A DNA stretch of 20,000 bases from Chiloscyllium plagiosum (lineage: Eukaryota): NCBI RefSeq assembly GCF_004010195.1, contig NC_057749.1:21329853-21349852 (forward strand). The letters are read 5' to 3'. A program made the translations under genes and the position numbers. Below, one piece after another: positions 10,220-18,927 of the stretch (positions are counted from its first letter, which is position 1; every line of letters begins with the position of its first letter). The notes beneath the pieces were generated by a model that was not told the origin of the DNA, made no database searches, and saw only the letters and a list, made by a program, of their open reading frames with translations.

Positions 10220-10378
10220 TAACAGTGGTGAGCTGCTGGAGTTCAGGGCACATTCACTCTGTCATTGAGGAGGGAGCTCTGGGATTTTAACCCAGTGATA
10301 GATTTCTGAGTTGGGATGGTGAGTAACTTGGAGGGTATTTGATAGTAGAGGTCACAGGTTTGAAAGGCACTGTCTGTT
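10220..10378 (-). mobile_element. Non-LTR LINE fragment (family unassigned), degenerate
   Basis: ggtcacaggtttgaaaggcactgtct is reverse-similar to caccttccaaacccatgacc at about 17231-17250. Confidence 0.5.
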
Positions 10379-10800
10379 GTATGAATGGCCGATACCAACA
10401 ATTGCCAAAATGTAATTGGTTAGATAGCTGTGACCATTCCTTTTCCTGACTGCATCTACAAGGTGACCTGAGTCAAAAGTGGGCGAGGAAAACCACAAGG
10501 TAGTCTGAAGCTTTGATCTGAAAGAAGCTGTTGTTTACTTGGTGATAATAATCAGGCACAACTTATGTGTTGAGACTGAGGTGGTAGGTTATTCTTCATT
10601 GAGATCCACAGCTGTTCTGCCTGTCTGCCTCGACACCAGAGATTCGACAGAACTCAATGCAGTCTTTACCCTTAACCCTTTCAGAAGACTGACTCGTGCA
10701 AATATTGTCAACACAGGCTCAGGGAGTTGCTGCAATGTGTCTGAGCTGAAACACACAGCGTGTCAGAGGTGGAGGGACTGGCTGCTGAAGGCGATATTGC

Positions 10801-11116
10801 GGGCGGCACGTTGGCACAGTGGTTAGCACTGCTGCCTCACAGCACCAGAGATCCGGGTTCAATTCCCGCCTCAGGCGACTGACTGTGTGGAGTTTACACA
10901 TTCTCCCCGTGTCTGCGTGGGTTTCCTCCGGGTGCTCCGGTTTCCTCCCACAGTCCAAAGATGTGCAGGTCAGGTGAATTGGCCATGCTAAATTGCCCGT
11001 ATTGTTAGGTAAGGGGTAAATGTAGAGGTATGGGTGGGTTGCGCTTCAGCGGGTCGGTGTGGACTTGTTGGGCCGAAGGGCCTGTTTACACATTGTAATG
11101 TAATCTAATCTAATCT
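10801..11116 (+). mobile_element. HE1-like SINE, full length
   Basis: A box tggcacagtgg, B box ggttcaattcc, core, and repeated taatc tail. Confidence 0.93.
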
Positions 11117-11648
11117 TAGTCCTGAATGGTGTCAAGCCTCTTGAGATTAGTTGGAGCTGCCCGAAACCTGTTGATCTTCCAGCTGAAGGAGTTGACCCCG
11201 ACTGAGTGTTGCAGACTGGCACATTCCAAGGTCCAGGACTAGGTGGTGAGGGACGCGCTGAAGCTTGGGGCAGCTGCCGCCAAGGCGTGGTGGGGAAAGA
11301 CCACCTTGTAACATCTGCCTGCCTAAAGAAGAACAGGGGGCCCGCGCAGTCATGTGGGCTCTGCTGACGTCTCAGCTAAAAATGTAATCGTACAGACCTG
11401 TAAGTAGGAATGATTACTCTGTTTCGGTATGCAAAGAAATGGAATGTTCACATATGTATGGCATGTCCAACTGTACAGACCATCAAAGTATTTTATGAAT
11501 AAAGTATATTTTTGAAATAAAAAAATGTTGGAGCTGCCCCCATCCAGGCAGGTGGGAATATTCCACCACACTCCTGATGGTGGACAGGCTTTGGGGGAGT
11601 CACGAGGCGAGTTATTCGCTGCTGTAATCCTCGCCTCAGATCTGCTTA
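11117..11648 (-). mobile_element. Older LINE fragment split by the Tx1 insertion (11117-11162 and 11527-11648)
   Basis: Sequence reads continuously across the insert (cttgagattagttggagctgccc|ccatccaggcaggtggga) and is recognised as a LINE RT-downstream region. Confidence 0.55.
11163..11526 (+). mobile_element. L1/Tx1-clade LINE, 5'-truncated 3' end with A tail and 13-bp TSD
   Basis: RNLLIFQLKELTPTECCRLAHSKVQD*VVRDALKLGAAAAKAWWGKTTL*, AATAAA at 11498, then an A tail. TSD gttggagctgccc at 11150-11162 and 11527-11539. Confidence 0.82.
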
Positions 11649-12023
11649 CAGCAGATTACAGCACAGGGTCCAGAAACGGCAGACACGCGTTTCACCTATT
11701 TCTCACATTGTCTTGTAAATTACATCACGCTCTGACACACGTAGAAACCTCAAAGGGATGTCACTGGGTTTGTTCATTAATCACTTGGTTCACATTGTGT
11801 ACGAGGATTGCCCATTTACAGAGTACATAATGTGACAGGGCCATACCAATAAGTTCCCAGTAACTACAACAGAAATTGCCAGGATAAATATAGGAGGTGC
11901 AGGAGGAGATTTGACCTACAAAGGTCAGCTACATTTGTTTATCAGAGCATAACAGAGACAAGATGTTTGGTTTCATAGAAATGTAGAAGAGAGGAGCAGG
12001 AGTAGGCCATTCAGCCCCTCAGG

Positions 12024-12231
12024 AGAAAGTGAGGACTGCAGATGTTGGAGATCAGAGCTGAAAAATGTGTTGCTGGAAAGCGCAGCAGGTCAGGCAGCAT
12101 CCAAGGAGCAGGAGAATCGACGTTTCGGGCATAAGCCCTTCTTCAGGAGAAGGGCTTATGCCCGAAACGTCGATTCTCCTGTTTCTTGCATGCTGCCTGA
12201 CCTGCTGCGCTTTTCCAGCAACACATTTTCA
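12024..12231. mobile_element. Foldback Penelope-like element (family 1) with 15-bp TSD
   Basis: Inverted arms of about 85 bp around 12147. TSD attcagcccctcagg at 12009-12023 and 12232-12246. The extra tail is on the left arm only. Confidence 0.9.
12115..12148 (-). ncRNA. Minimal hammerhead ribozyme-like motif (intact core)
   Basis: Minus strand tc-CTGAAGA-A-GGGC-ttat-GCCC-GAAA-CG-TC-ga (core 12146-12119). Confidence 0.62.
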
Positions 12232-12421
12232 ATTCAGCCCCTCAGGCCTGCTCTGCCATTCGATATGATCATCAAACTCAAAACTCTAATCCCGCCCTCC
12301 CCCCCTCAGATCCCTTTAACCAGAAGAGAAATAGCTGCCTCCTCTTTGAAAACACAAGGTTTTCTCCTTGCCACTTTCTACGGCAGAGAATCCCACGGGC
12401 AAACAATCAATTTATGCTTTC

Positions 12422-12776
12422 CTTTTCTAAAATTCATTCACAGGAAGTGGGCAGCATCGGCTAGGCCAGAATTTATTGCCCAATCCTAATGAATCAACCA
12501 TGTTGCTGTGGGTCTGCAGTCACCTGTAGGCCAGACCAGGCAAGGACAGCAGTTTCCTTCCCTAAAGGACATTAATGAACCAGATTAGTCTTTTCCTGAC
12601 AATTGAGAATTGTTTCATTGTCATCATTAGACCCTTTAATTCCAAACTTTTTTTTATTGGATTCAAATTCCACCATCTGCCATGGCAGCATTTCAATCCC
12701 TGATCTCACCTCAGAATATTCCCTGGGTTTCTGGATTACTGGTCTAGTGATGATACCACAAGGCATTCACCTCCCT
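12422..12776 (-). mobile_element. tRNA-derived SINE family B, near full length
   Basis: Minus-strand head gggaggtgaatgccttgtggtatcatcactagaccagtaatccag; core and tail match 1395-1597. Confidence 0.78.
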
Positions 12777-12814
12777 AATTGACCATGAGGTTAGATTTTG
12801 ATTCCAGGTGCATT

Positions 12815-12930
12815 AGGTGAGCTTAAATCCCACCAGTGGTCATGGCTGGGATTTGACACTGTGCCCCAAAGTGTAGTCTGCACCTTTGATTTACAGGCCC
12901 AGTGATATTTCCAGTGTGCCACTGTCACCC
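12815..12930 (-). mobile_element. Old SINE head fragment resembling family B
   Basis: Minus strand gggtgacagtggcacactggaaatatcactgggcctgtaaatc...tcaaatccc parallels the family B head. Confidence 0.45.
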
Positions 12931-13344
12931 AACACCCAAATATCACCTCCCCCCCAAACATATTGGCTTTTTCTCACCTCACCCAAGAACCAGGTAATTT
13001 ATTGAGCAGGTTGAGGAGTCTATTAAGGCAGATTACTGAGCAGTGGGCCTGCAGGCTCCTCAAGTCTGAGGTAGGCCTGTAGTCTGCAAGTCTCCTGATG
13101 GCCCGCATGGGCGGACAGGGGTGATAAGTACTCCAGGCAGGCTTTGAGGCCTTGTCTGCCTATCTGGCTTCATTTGAACCAAACCCACAAGCTGCTATAT
13201 GGGGCAGGCTCCTCCTCCACAATGGTGGTCCAACTGCTGAGGGTCACTTTACAGTTAAAAGTTTTAACAATGTGAGGCTGGAAACAGTGGCACCTCTCTA
13301 GCTGTCTCACCTGAGCTACAGGCTTCATCTCCTCTGGTGCTTTT

Positions 13345-13673
13345 TTGTTGCTTCACAGGATGAGGGCGTTGCTGAGTGGGTCAGCAATTATTGCTCATTC
13401 CTGATGAAGAGCTTCGGCCTGAAATGCGATCTTCCTGCTCCTCGGATACTGTCTGACCTGCCGTGTTTTTCCAGCAACACACTCTCAACATTCATCGCCC
13501 ATCCCAGAGGGCAGTTAAGAGTTCACCACGTTGCTGTGGGTCTGGAGTCACATGTTGGCCAGACCAGGTAAGGATGGCAGTTTCCTTCCCTCGAAGGACA
13601 TGAGTGAACCCCAGATGGGCTTTTCCTGACAATCGACAATGTTTTCATGATTATCATCAGATTCTTAATACCA
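13345..13673 (-). mobile_element. SINE family B interrupted by a PLE-terminus insert
   Basis: gttgctgtgggtctggagtcacatgttggccagaccaggtaaggatggcag core. Confidence 0.75.
13396..13488 (+). mobile_element. Penelope-like terminus element (family 1), degenerate
   Basis: cattcCTGATGAagagcttcggcctGAAAtgcgat...ctgacctgccgtgtttttccagcaacac. Confidence 0.75.
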
Positions 13674-13926
13674 GGCCCCAGCTGGGGGTCTCCTATTAGC
13701 CCTTGAGCAGCATGTGCCTGCCCCCTCTTTAATAATGGTCCTGTGGTTAATAATTAGCTAATTTGGTGAATTTGGGGTTCTGACTCCCATCTGATCCTGA
13801 AGTCAGGGAGTTGTCTCTATTCCAAAAACTCAACTCCTATCCAGGATATCTCAAAATTTCCAGTGACATTTTCTGCCATGATTTGGTTAGATGTGACTGG
13901 GAAGACCATTGTAGTTTCCTGAACTG

Positions 13927-14019
13927 GGGGGGAAGAAGGGCCTGTGCCCGAAACGTCGAATCTCCTGTTCCCTGGATGCTGCCTGACCTGCTGTGCTGTT
14001 CCAGCAATAAAGTTTCAAC
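13927..14019 (+). mobile_element. 93-bp Penelope-like terminus element (family 1) with 14-bp TSD
   Basis: TSD agtttcctgaactg at 13913-13926 and 14020-14033. Insert is a G run followed by aagaagggcctgtgcccgaaacgtcga...ccagcaa. Confidence 0.85.
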
Positions 14020-14257
14020 AGTTTCCTGAACTGTCAGGCCGTCACTCTCCACTGTGTTTCTGTTCCTGTTTTGTACTGAACATGGCTGCTTTCCTGCCTG
14101 ATCTCTCACCATGTCCCCTTAGAAACCCTAAGCTCACCAAAGCTCTTGCTTCCTAGATCCTAACCTATCGCCAAATCCCATTGTGTATCATTCCTGCGCT
14201 CACTGTCCTACATTAGCACACCGTTCGGAACAGGCTCCCACAAAATGAAAAGGTGAG

Positions 14258-14422
14258 TATTACACTAGGGGAACAGCAAGCTCTGGGGCACAGGTCTTCG
14301 GTACTATTGCCGGAATATTGTCAGGGTCCGAAGCCTTTGTGGTAAACAGTGTCTCCAACTGTTTCTCAATAACACATGAATTGATGGAAGACTGGTATCT
14401 GTGAGGCTGGGGACCACTGGAG
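14258..14422 (-). mobile_element. LINE ORF2 fragment just upstream of the RT domain
   Basis: TKASDPDNIPAIVPKTCAPELAVPL matches the non-LTR 'KA.GPD.IP...LK.CA.EL..PL' motif. Confidence 0.72.
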
Positions 14423-15003
14423 AAGCAGAAGGAGGCCTTTCGGCCCATTCTCTAGTGCCAAGCTCCTGCCTTTTTCCCATACCCCTGCATGCCATTTCCA
14501 ACAAAATAATTATCCAATTCCTTCTTGAATGTCCCAGCAGAACATGCCTCCACTACACTTCCAGATGCTGCATTCCGTTTTCAATGAGTGAAAAAAATGT
14601 GTTTCCTCACTTCACCTTTGCTTCTTTTCCAAAGCATTTTAAATCATGAACAGGAATATTTTCTCCCTATCTACTCTATTGAGCTTGCTCTATCAAATCT
14701 TCTCTCAGCTTTCATCTTTCCAAGGAGAACAGTCCCAACTTCTTTCATCTATCCTCACCACTAACGCTCCCCATCCTGGAACTATTCTAGTAAACCACTT
14801 CTGCCCTCTCTCCAATGTATCTCTCTCTCCTCCTATAATGTGGTGCCCATAGCTATACATAATACTCCAGCTGAGGTCTAACAAGTGTCATGTGCACACC
14901 TCTCTGCTCTTGTACTCTATGTCCCTACTAATAAAGCCGAGAACACTACATTAATTGCTTTATATACTGCTGTCTCCACCTATCCTGCCACTTTCAATAA
15001 TTC
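14420..15003 (-). mobile_element. CR1 LINE 3' end and RT C-terminal region, degenerate
   Basis: Tail gcagaaggaggcctttcggcccat. Minus strand GFISRDIEYKSRE...TLVRPQLEY at about 14860-14940. Confidence 0.78.
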
Positions 15004-15006
15004 AAT

Positions 15007-15357
15007 GGGTGGCACGGTGGCTCAGTGGCTAGCATAGCTACTTCACAGCACCAGGAGCCTGGGTTCGATTCCAGCCTTTGGCGACTGTGTGGAGTTTGCA
15101 CATTCTCCCCGTTTCTGTGTGGGTTTCCTCTGGGGGCTCTGGTTTCCCCTCAGTCCAAAGATGTGCGGGTTAGGTGGATTGGTCATGCTAAATTGTCCCA
15201 TAGTGTTGAGGGATGCGCAGGCCAGGTGGGTTAGCCATGGGAAATGCAGGGTTACAAGAATAGGGTAGGCAGGTGTGCCTGGGTGGGATGCCCTTTGGAG
15301 GGTTGTTGTGGATTTGATGGGCTGAATGGCCTGCTTCCACATGGTAAGAATTCTGTG
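15007..15357 (+). mobile_element. HE1-like SINE, longer diverged variant
   Basis: A box tggctcagtgg, B box ggttcgattcc, core, and tail gatgggctgaatggcctgcttcc. Confidence 0.88.
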
Positions 15358-15819
15358 ATCTGTGCACATATGGTCCCAAATCCCCTGCTTCTGCACCCAC
15401 TCTAGAATTGTTCAAGATGACATTTTTCTGAAGAAAAATTAAATTCAGATCCTTTGCAGGTGGTTTTTCAATTATAGGTTGGAGCCCTGAAATACTATGA
15501 GTATTTTCAGCTGTTAATTCCAAACTGTGTTTTGTTAACTCTTCAGCGGGGTGCCAGTTTACCAGTTTACCAGAGCTCATGTGAAGGTTTGAGTTCAAGA
15601 ACTATCCCATGTTACCCCTGCGCTACAGGTAAAGTCTCTCGCTCTGAGCTCTAACAGTCAGGCAAAGGGGAATGGGATTGTGAAACTGATTAATCAACGA
15701 CAATGCTACCAGTAACTTTCATTGCAATAGCTGCAACACTCAAATATCTTCTCTGTGCAAACAAACCAGAGACTGAACCATATACCTGTTTATCTTAACG
15801 TCTGTCTCTGTGGACTCAC

Positions 15820-15854
15820 CTCTCACTTACAATCAGTGTCGTGTTAGTGTTCAT
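15820..15854 (-). other. Candidate upstream exon of the SLC28-like gene (MNTNTTLIVSE-R)
   Basis: Strong donor GAG|GTGAGT in non-repeat DNA. ATG at 15854 gives 35 nt (phase 2), which reads in frame through A-ATC-TTA-AAA-ATG of the 4214 exon. No homology support. Confidence 0.3.
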
Positions 15855-15984
15855 TCTCTTGTGTAGTAATTAATGAACTCACTGTCTTTGTGAATTCTGG
15901 TTAAATTGATTCATTTGAAACATACGTTCAGATGAGTGTGGCTTCATGAGACCAGATCTCCTGGCAGTATTAGCTAGAAGTAAC

Positions 15985-16078
15985 AGCTGCAGAAAACGAA
16001 AGATGCTGGAAATACTCAGCAGGTCCCAGCAGCATGTATGAAGAGAGAATGTGAGTAAATGCCGAACATTCATCTGAT
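15985..16078 (-). mobile_element. Old Penelope-like terminus fragment
   Basis: gctggaaatactcagcaggtcccagcagcatgtatgaagagaga resembles the family 3 arm at 6175-6215. Confidence 0.55.
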
Positions 16079-16084
16079 CAACGT

Positions 16085-16465
16085 ATCATGGAATCATAGA
16101 GATGTACAGTACAGAAGCAGACCCTTTGGTCCAATTTGTTTGCGCTGACCAGATATCCTAAATTAATCTCGTCCCATTTGCCAGCATTTGGCCCAACTCC
16201 CTCTAAACCCTTCCTATTCACATACCCATCCAGGTGCCTTTTACACATTGTCATTGTAGTCGCCTCCTCTTCCTCTGGCATCTCATTCCATACATGCACC
16301 ACTCTCTGTGTGAAAATGTAGCCCCTTAGCTCTCTTTTAAATCTTTCCCCTCTCACCTTAAACCTACACCCTCTAGTTTTGGATTCCCATAACCCTGTGG
16401 AAAAGACCTTGGCTATTCACCTTCTCGATGTCCCTTCAAGATTTTATGAATTTCTATCAGATCTA
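16085..16465 (-). mobile_element. CR1 LINE 3' end (possibly HER1-like)
   Basis: IEIHKILKG...RGERFKRELRGYIFTQRVVHVWNEMPEE...KRHLDGYVNRKGLEG plus a tail resembling the HE1 tail. Confidence 0.85.
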
Positions 16466-16638
16466 TGTCTCTCCGTGGATGCCCTCCCTTCTGTAAGTGA
16501 CCTAAAAGCCTCAGAGGAATAAGGAAATGAAAAGAACAGTAGAGCAATGAATCAGTTCTGCATTTTATCAAATATTGTTGCTGTGGCAAATTTACACAGA
16601 CTGATTCACATGTAATAGCAACATCGAGTACGTATGTT

Positions 16639-16832
16639 GACAAAGTGGACTTTGTCTTAATACAATGTTGCGAAAACAAATTCACAGTAACTGGGTTTGT
16701 GTTGCAAGTCCTCGGATATTTTGTAAGTGAGCTTGATTGTCTTGTTTCAAAACGTACAAAGAATTTGACACATTGATCACTTCCCTGAGGAATTACACGA
16801 ATTACTGGTTTGTGGTGAGTGAACTTTGGTCT
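16639..16832. promoter_or_regulatory. Pair of HNF4/DR1-type motifs in a repeat-free block
   Basis: TGGACTTTG 16646-16654 (CAAAGTCCA on -) and TGAACTTTGGTCT 16820-16832 (AGACCA-A-AGTTCA on -), upstream of the minus-strand SLC28-like gene. Confidence 0.35.
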
Positions 16833-17096
16833 CAACCCACATCGGACCCAATCGGACGCCCTAAGGTTGAATTCTCGGAGTTCAGACGTCCTAGAATTTC
16901 TTGTGCTGAATGGTTTCATAAAGGGGAACCTTACTCGTTTTAGGTGCTGCGTTTACATAGAGTTGTGTGATTATCATTCTTGGGATAAAACGGTAAAATT
17001 TGATCTCCTCCAAATTTCGAACCAATTCAAACTTAATTTTAAACTATTGATAATTTAAATTCAATGACTTGCCAAGAACCTTCACAACCATCAGAG

Positions 17097-17288
17097 CACA
17101 GCAGCTTATTTGTTTGACACCAGGTCCGTCACTATCAACATCCAGTCCCTCCACCAGCCACGCTCAGTAGCAGCAGTGTGTACCAGCTACGAGATGTACT
17201 GCAGCAATCCACCAAAGATCCTTAAGGTACCACCTTCCAAACCCATGACCATTACAAACTAGGAGATACATGGGAACACAGCCACTCA
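17097..17288 (+). mobile_element. Non-LTR LINE 3' ORF2 fragment
   Basis: NIQSLHQPRSVAAVCTSYEMYCSNPPKIL; probably the same family as 10220-10378. Confidence 0.6.
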
Positions 17289-17567
17289 GGTTGTAAGTAG
17301 AATGGGGGCGACCACACTGTCCTGCTGATCTGTTTATTGGGGATCTTCCATTCAACACAATTGTCATCAAATCATCTTGAAGCAGATCCAGGATTGTGAG
17401 GATGCTTATCGGACATCCAACCCTCTAAGCACAGTCCACCAAGCCTTGAGATTTCTTGAAGCAAATACTTTGATCTATTCAGTGAACCCAATAAAGAGTT
17501 CTTGGTGGTGTTCCCGACATTTTTCTGACCACAAAGAACGTGGCAGAGGTTCCTTGGAAAGGTCTAA

Positions 17568-18105
17568 AGCTGAAAATGTGTTGCTGGAAAAGCGCAGCAG
17601 GTCAGGCAACATCCAAGGAGCAGGAGAATCGACGTTTCGGGCATGAGCCCTTCTTCAGGAATGAGGAAAGTGTGTCCAGCAGGCTAAGATAAAAGGTAGG
17701 GAGGAGGGACTTGGGGGAGGGGCGTTGGGAATGCGATAGGTGGAAGGAGGTCACGGTGAGGGCGATAGGCCGGAGTGGGGGTGGGGACGGAGAGGTCAGG
17801 AAGAAGATTGCAGGTTAGGAAGGTGGTGCTGAGTTCGAGGGTTGGGACTGAGACAAGGTGAGGGGAGGGGAAATGAGGAAACTGGGGAAATCTGAGTTCA
17901 TCCCCTTGCAACACCCCTCCCCCAAGTCCCTCCTCCCTACCTTTTATCTTAGCCTGCTTGGCACACTTTCGTCATTCCTGACGAAGGGCCCATGCCCGAA
18001 ACATCGATTCTCCTGCTCCTTGGATGCTGCCTGACCTGCTGCGCTTTTCCAGCAACACATTTTCAGCTCTGATCTCCAGCATCTGCAGCCCTCACTTTCT
18101 CCTAG
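17568..18105. mobile_element. Penelope-like element (family 1) with inverted termini and 15-bp TSD
   Basis: Arms about 17568-17727 and 17909-18067 are reverse complements. TSD aaggtctaaagctga at 17559-17573 and 18106-18120. The minus-strand interior reads like a PLE ORF end (GMNSDFPSFLISP). The tail is on the right arm only. Confidence 0.9.
17627..17662 (-). ncRNA. Minimal hammerhead ribozyme-like motif (intact core)
   Basis: Minus strand attc-CTGAAGA-A-GGGC-tcat-GCCC-GAAA-CG-TC-gatt. The mirror copy on + at 17978-18005 has CTGACGA but GTC>ATC. Confidence 0.62.
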
Positions 18106-18211
18106 AAGGTCTAAAGCTGACTTGCATTGAATAATCTTCAATGTGTGTATTTGAATGATGTGGGGTTCCTCCAAATAGGATCCACCTTGATAGAATGCAG
18201 TGTCTTAAATT

Positions 18212-18561
18212 GGGCAGCATGGTGGCTCAGTGGTTAGCACTGCTGCCTCAAAGCGCCAGGGACCCAGGTTTGATTCCAGCCTCAGGCATCTGCCTGTGTA
18301 AGGTTTGCTCATTCTCCCCGTGTCTGCGTGAGTTCCCTCCGGGTGCTCCGGTTTCATCCCACAGTCCAAAGATGTGCAGGTTAGGGTGGATAGGCCACGC
18401 TAAATTGACCATAGTGTTCAGGGATGTGTAGGTTAGTTGCATCAGTCAGGGGAAATGTAAAGTAACTGGGTTGGGGAATGGGTCTGTGTGGGATACTCTT
18501 TCGAAGGTTGGTGTGGACTGGTTGGGTCAAATGGCCTGTTTTCGCTCTGTGGGGATTTGAT
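18212..18561 (+). mobile_element. HE1-like SINE, full length
   Basis: A box, B-box-like ggtttgattcc, core and tail. Confidence 0.9.
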
Positions 18562-18739
18562 GGAATGATATGTTTCAGCGTTCCCAAGCACAGGAGATAG
18601 CTGGAGGACTGCACCTGTAAGATCCAGGACTGGGTGTTCATAAAGAAGAATTTTATCACTTCAACCATTGTCCAGGGACAGCTCTGATCCTGATCATGGC
18701 TCCAGAATAGTTTGATCAACAACACATGAAGAGGCCATA

Positions 18740-18927
18740 CAACTGGATATAACTGGGATCCTGTCACCAAGTCACATGTACACGGACATTGGTCTGACTT
18801 CATCAGAGCTAGCTCTCAGAGTCAACAGAGTCAGCCAGGGCTCCCTGATTGGACCAAGTTAACAGCCCCAATCAGGGAACTCATATTCTGTGAGGTCCAC
18901 CTATCAGAACTCATTACAAGCACTACT
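18740..18927 (-). mobile_element. Possible solo LTR fragment
   Basis: Internal inverted repeat ccctgattgg...ccaatcaggg. Recalled as a shark LTR-like repeat; termini not verified. Confidence 0.35.

Larger units (their letters stand above)
11972..12400 (-). mobile_element. CR1 LINE 3' tail interrupted by a foldback PLE element
   Basis: ggagcaggagtaggccattcagcccctcagg|cctgctctgccattcgatatgatcat...ggcagagaatcccac. Confidence 0.72.

Noticed and set aside
10801..10875. tRNA genes at SINE heads
   Set aside because: The A and B boxes continue directly into the SINE core and tail; no independent cloverleaf was supported.
12024..12231. DNA-transposon MITE, CRISPR repeat or intrinsic terminator interpretation of the palindromes
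   Set aside because: TSDs are long and variable, the tails are asymmetric, the arms match PLE termini, there is no spacer array, and the context is eukaryotic.
13000..13340. Possible decayed DNA-transposon remnant (also 13680-13870)
   Set aside because: No convincing terminal inverted repeats or coding remnant.
16413..16919. 168-aa minus-strand ORF
   Set aside because: No recognisable domain; its end runs into a CR1 fragment (IEIHKILKG).
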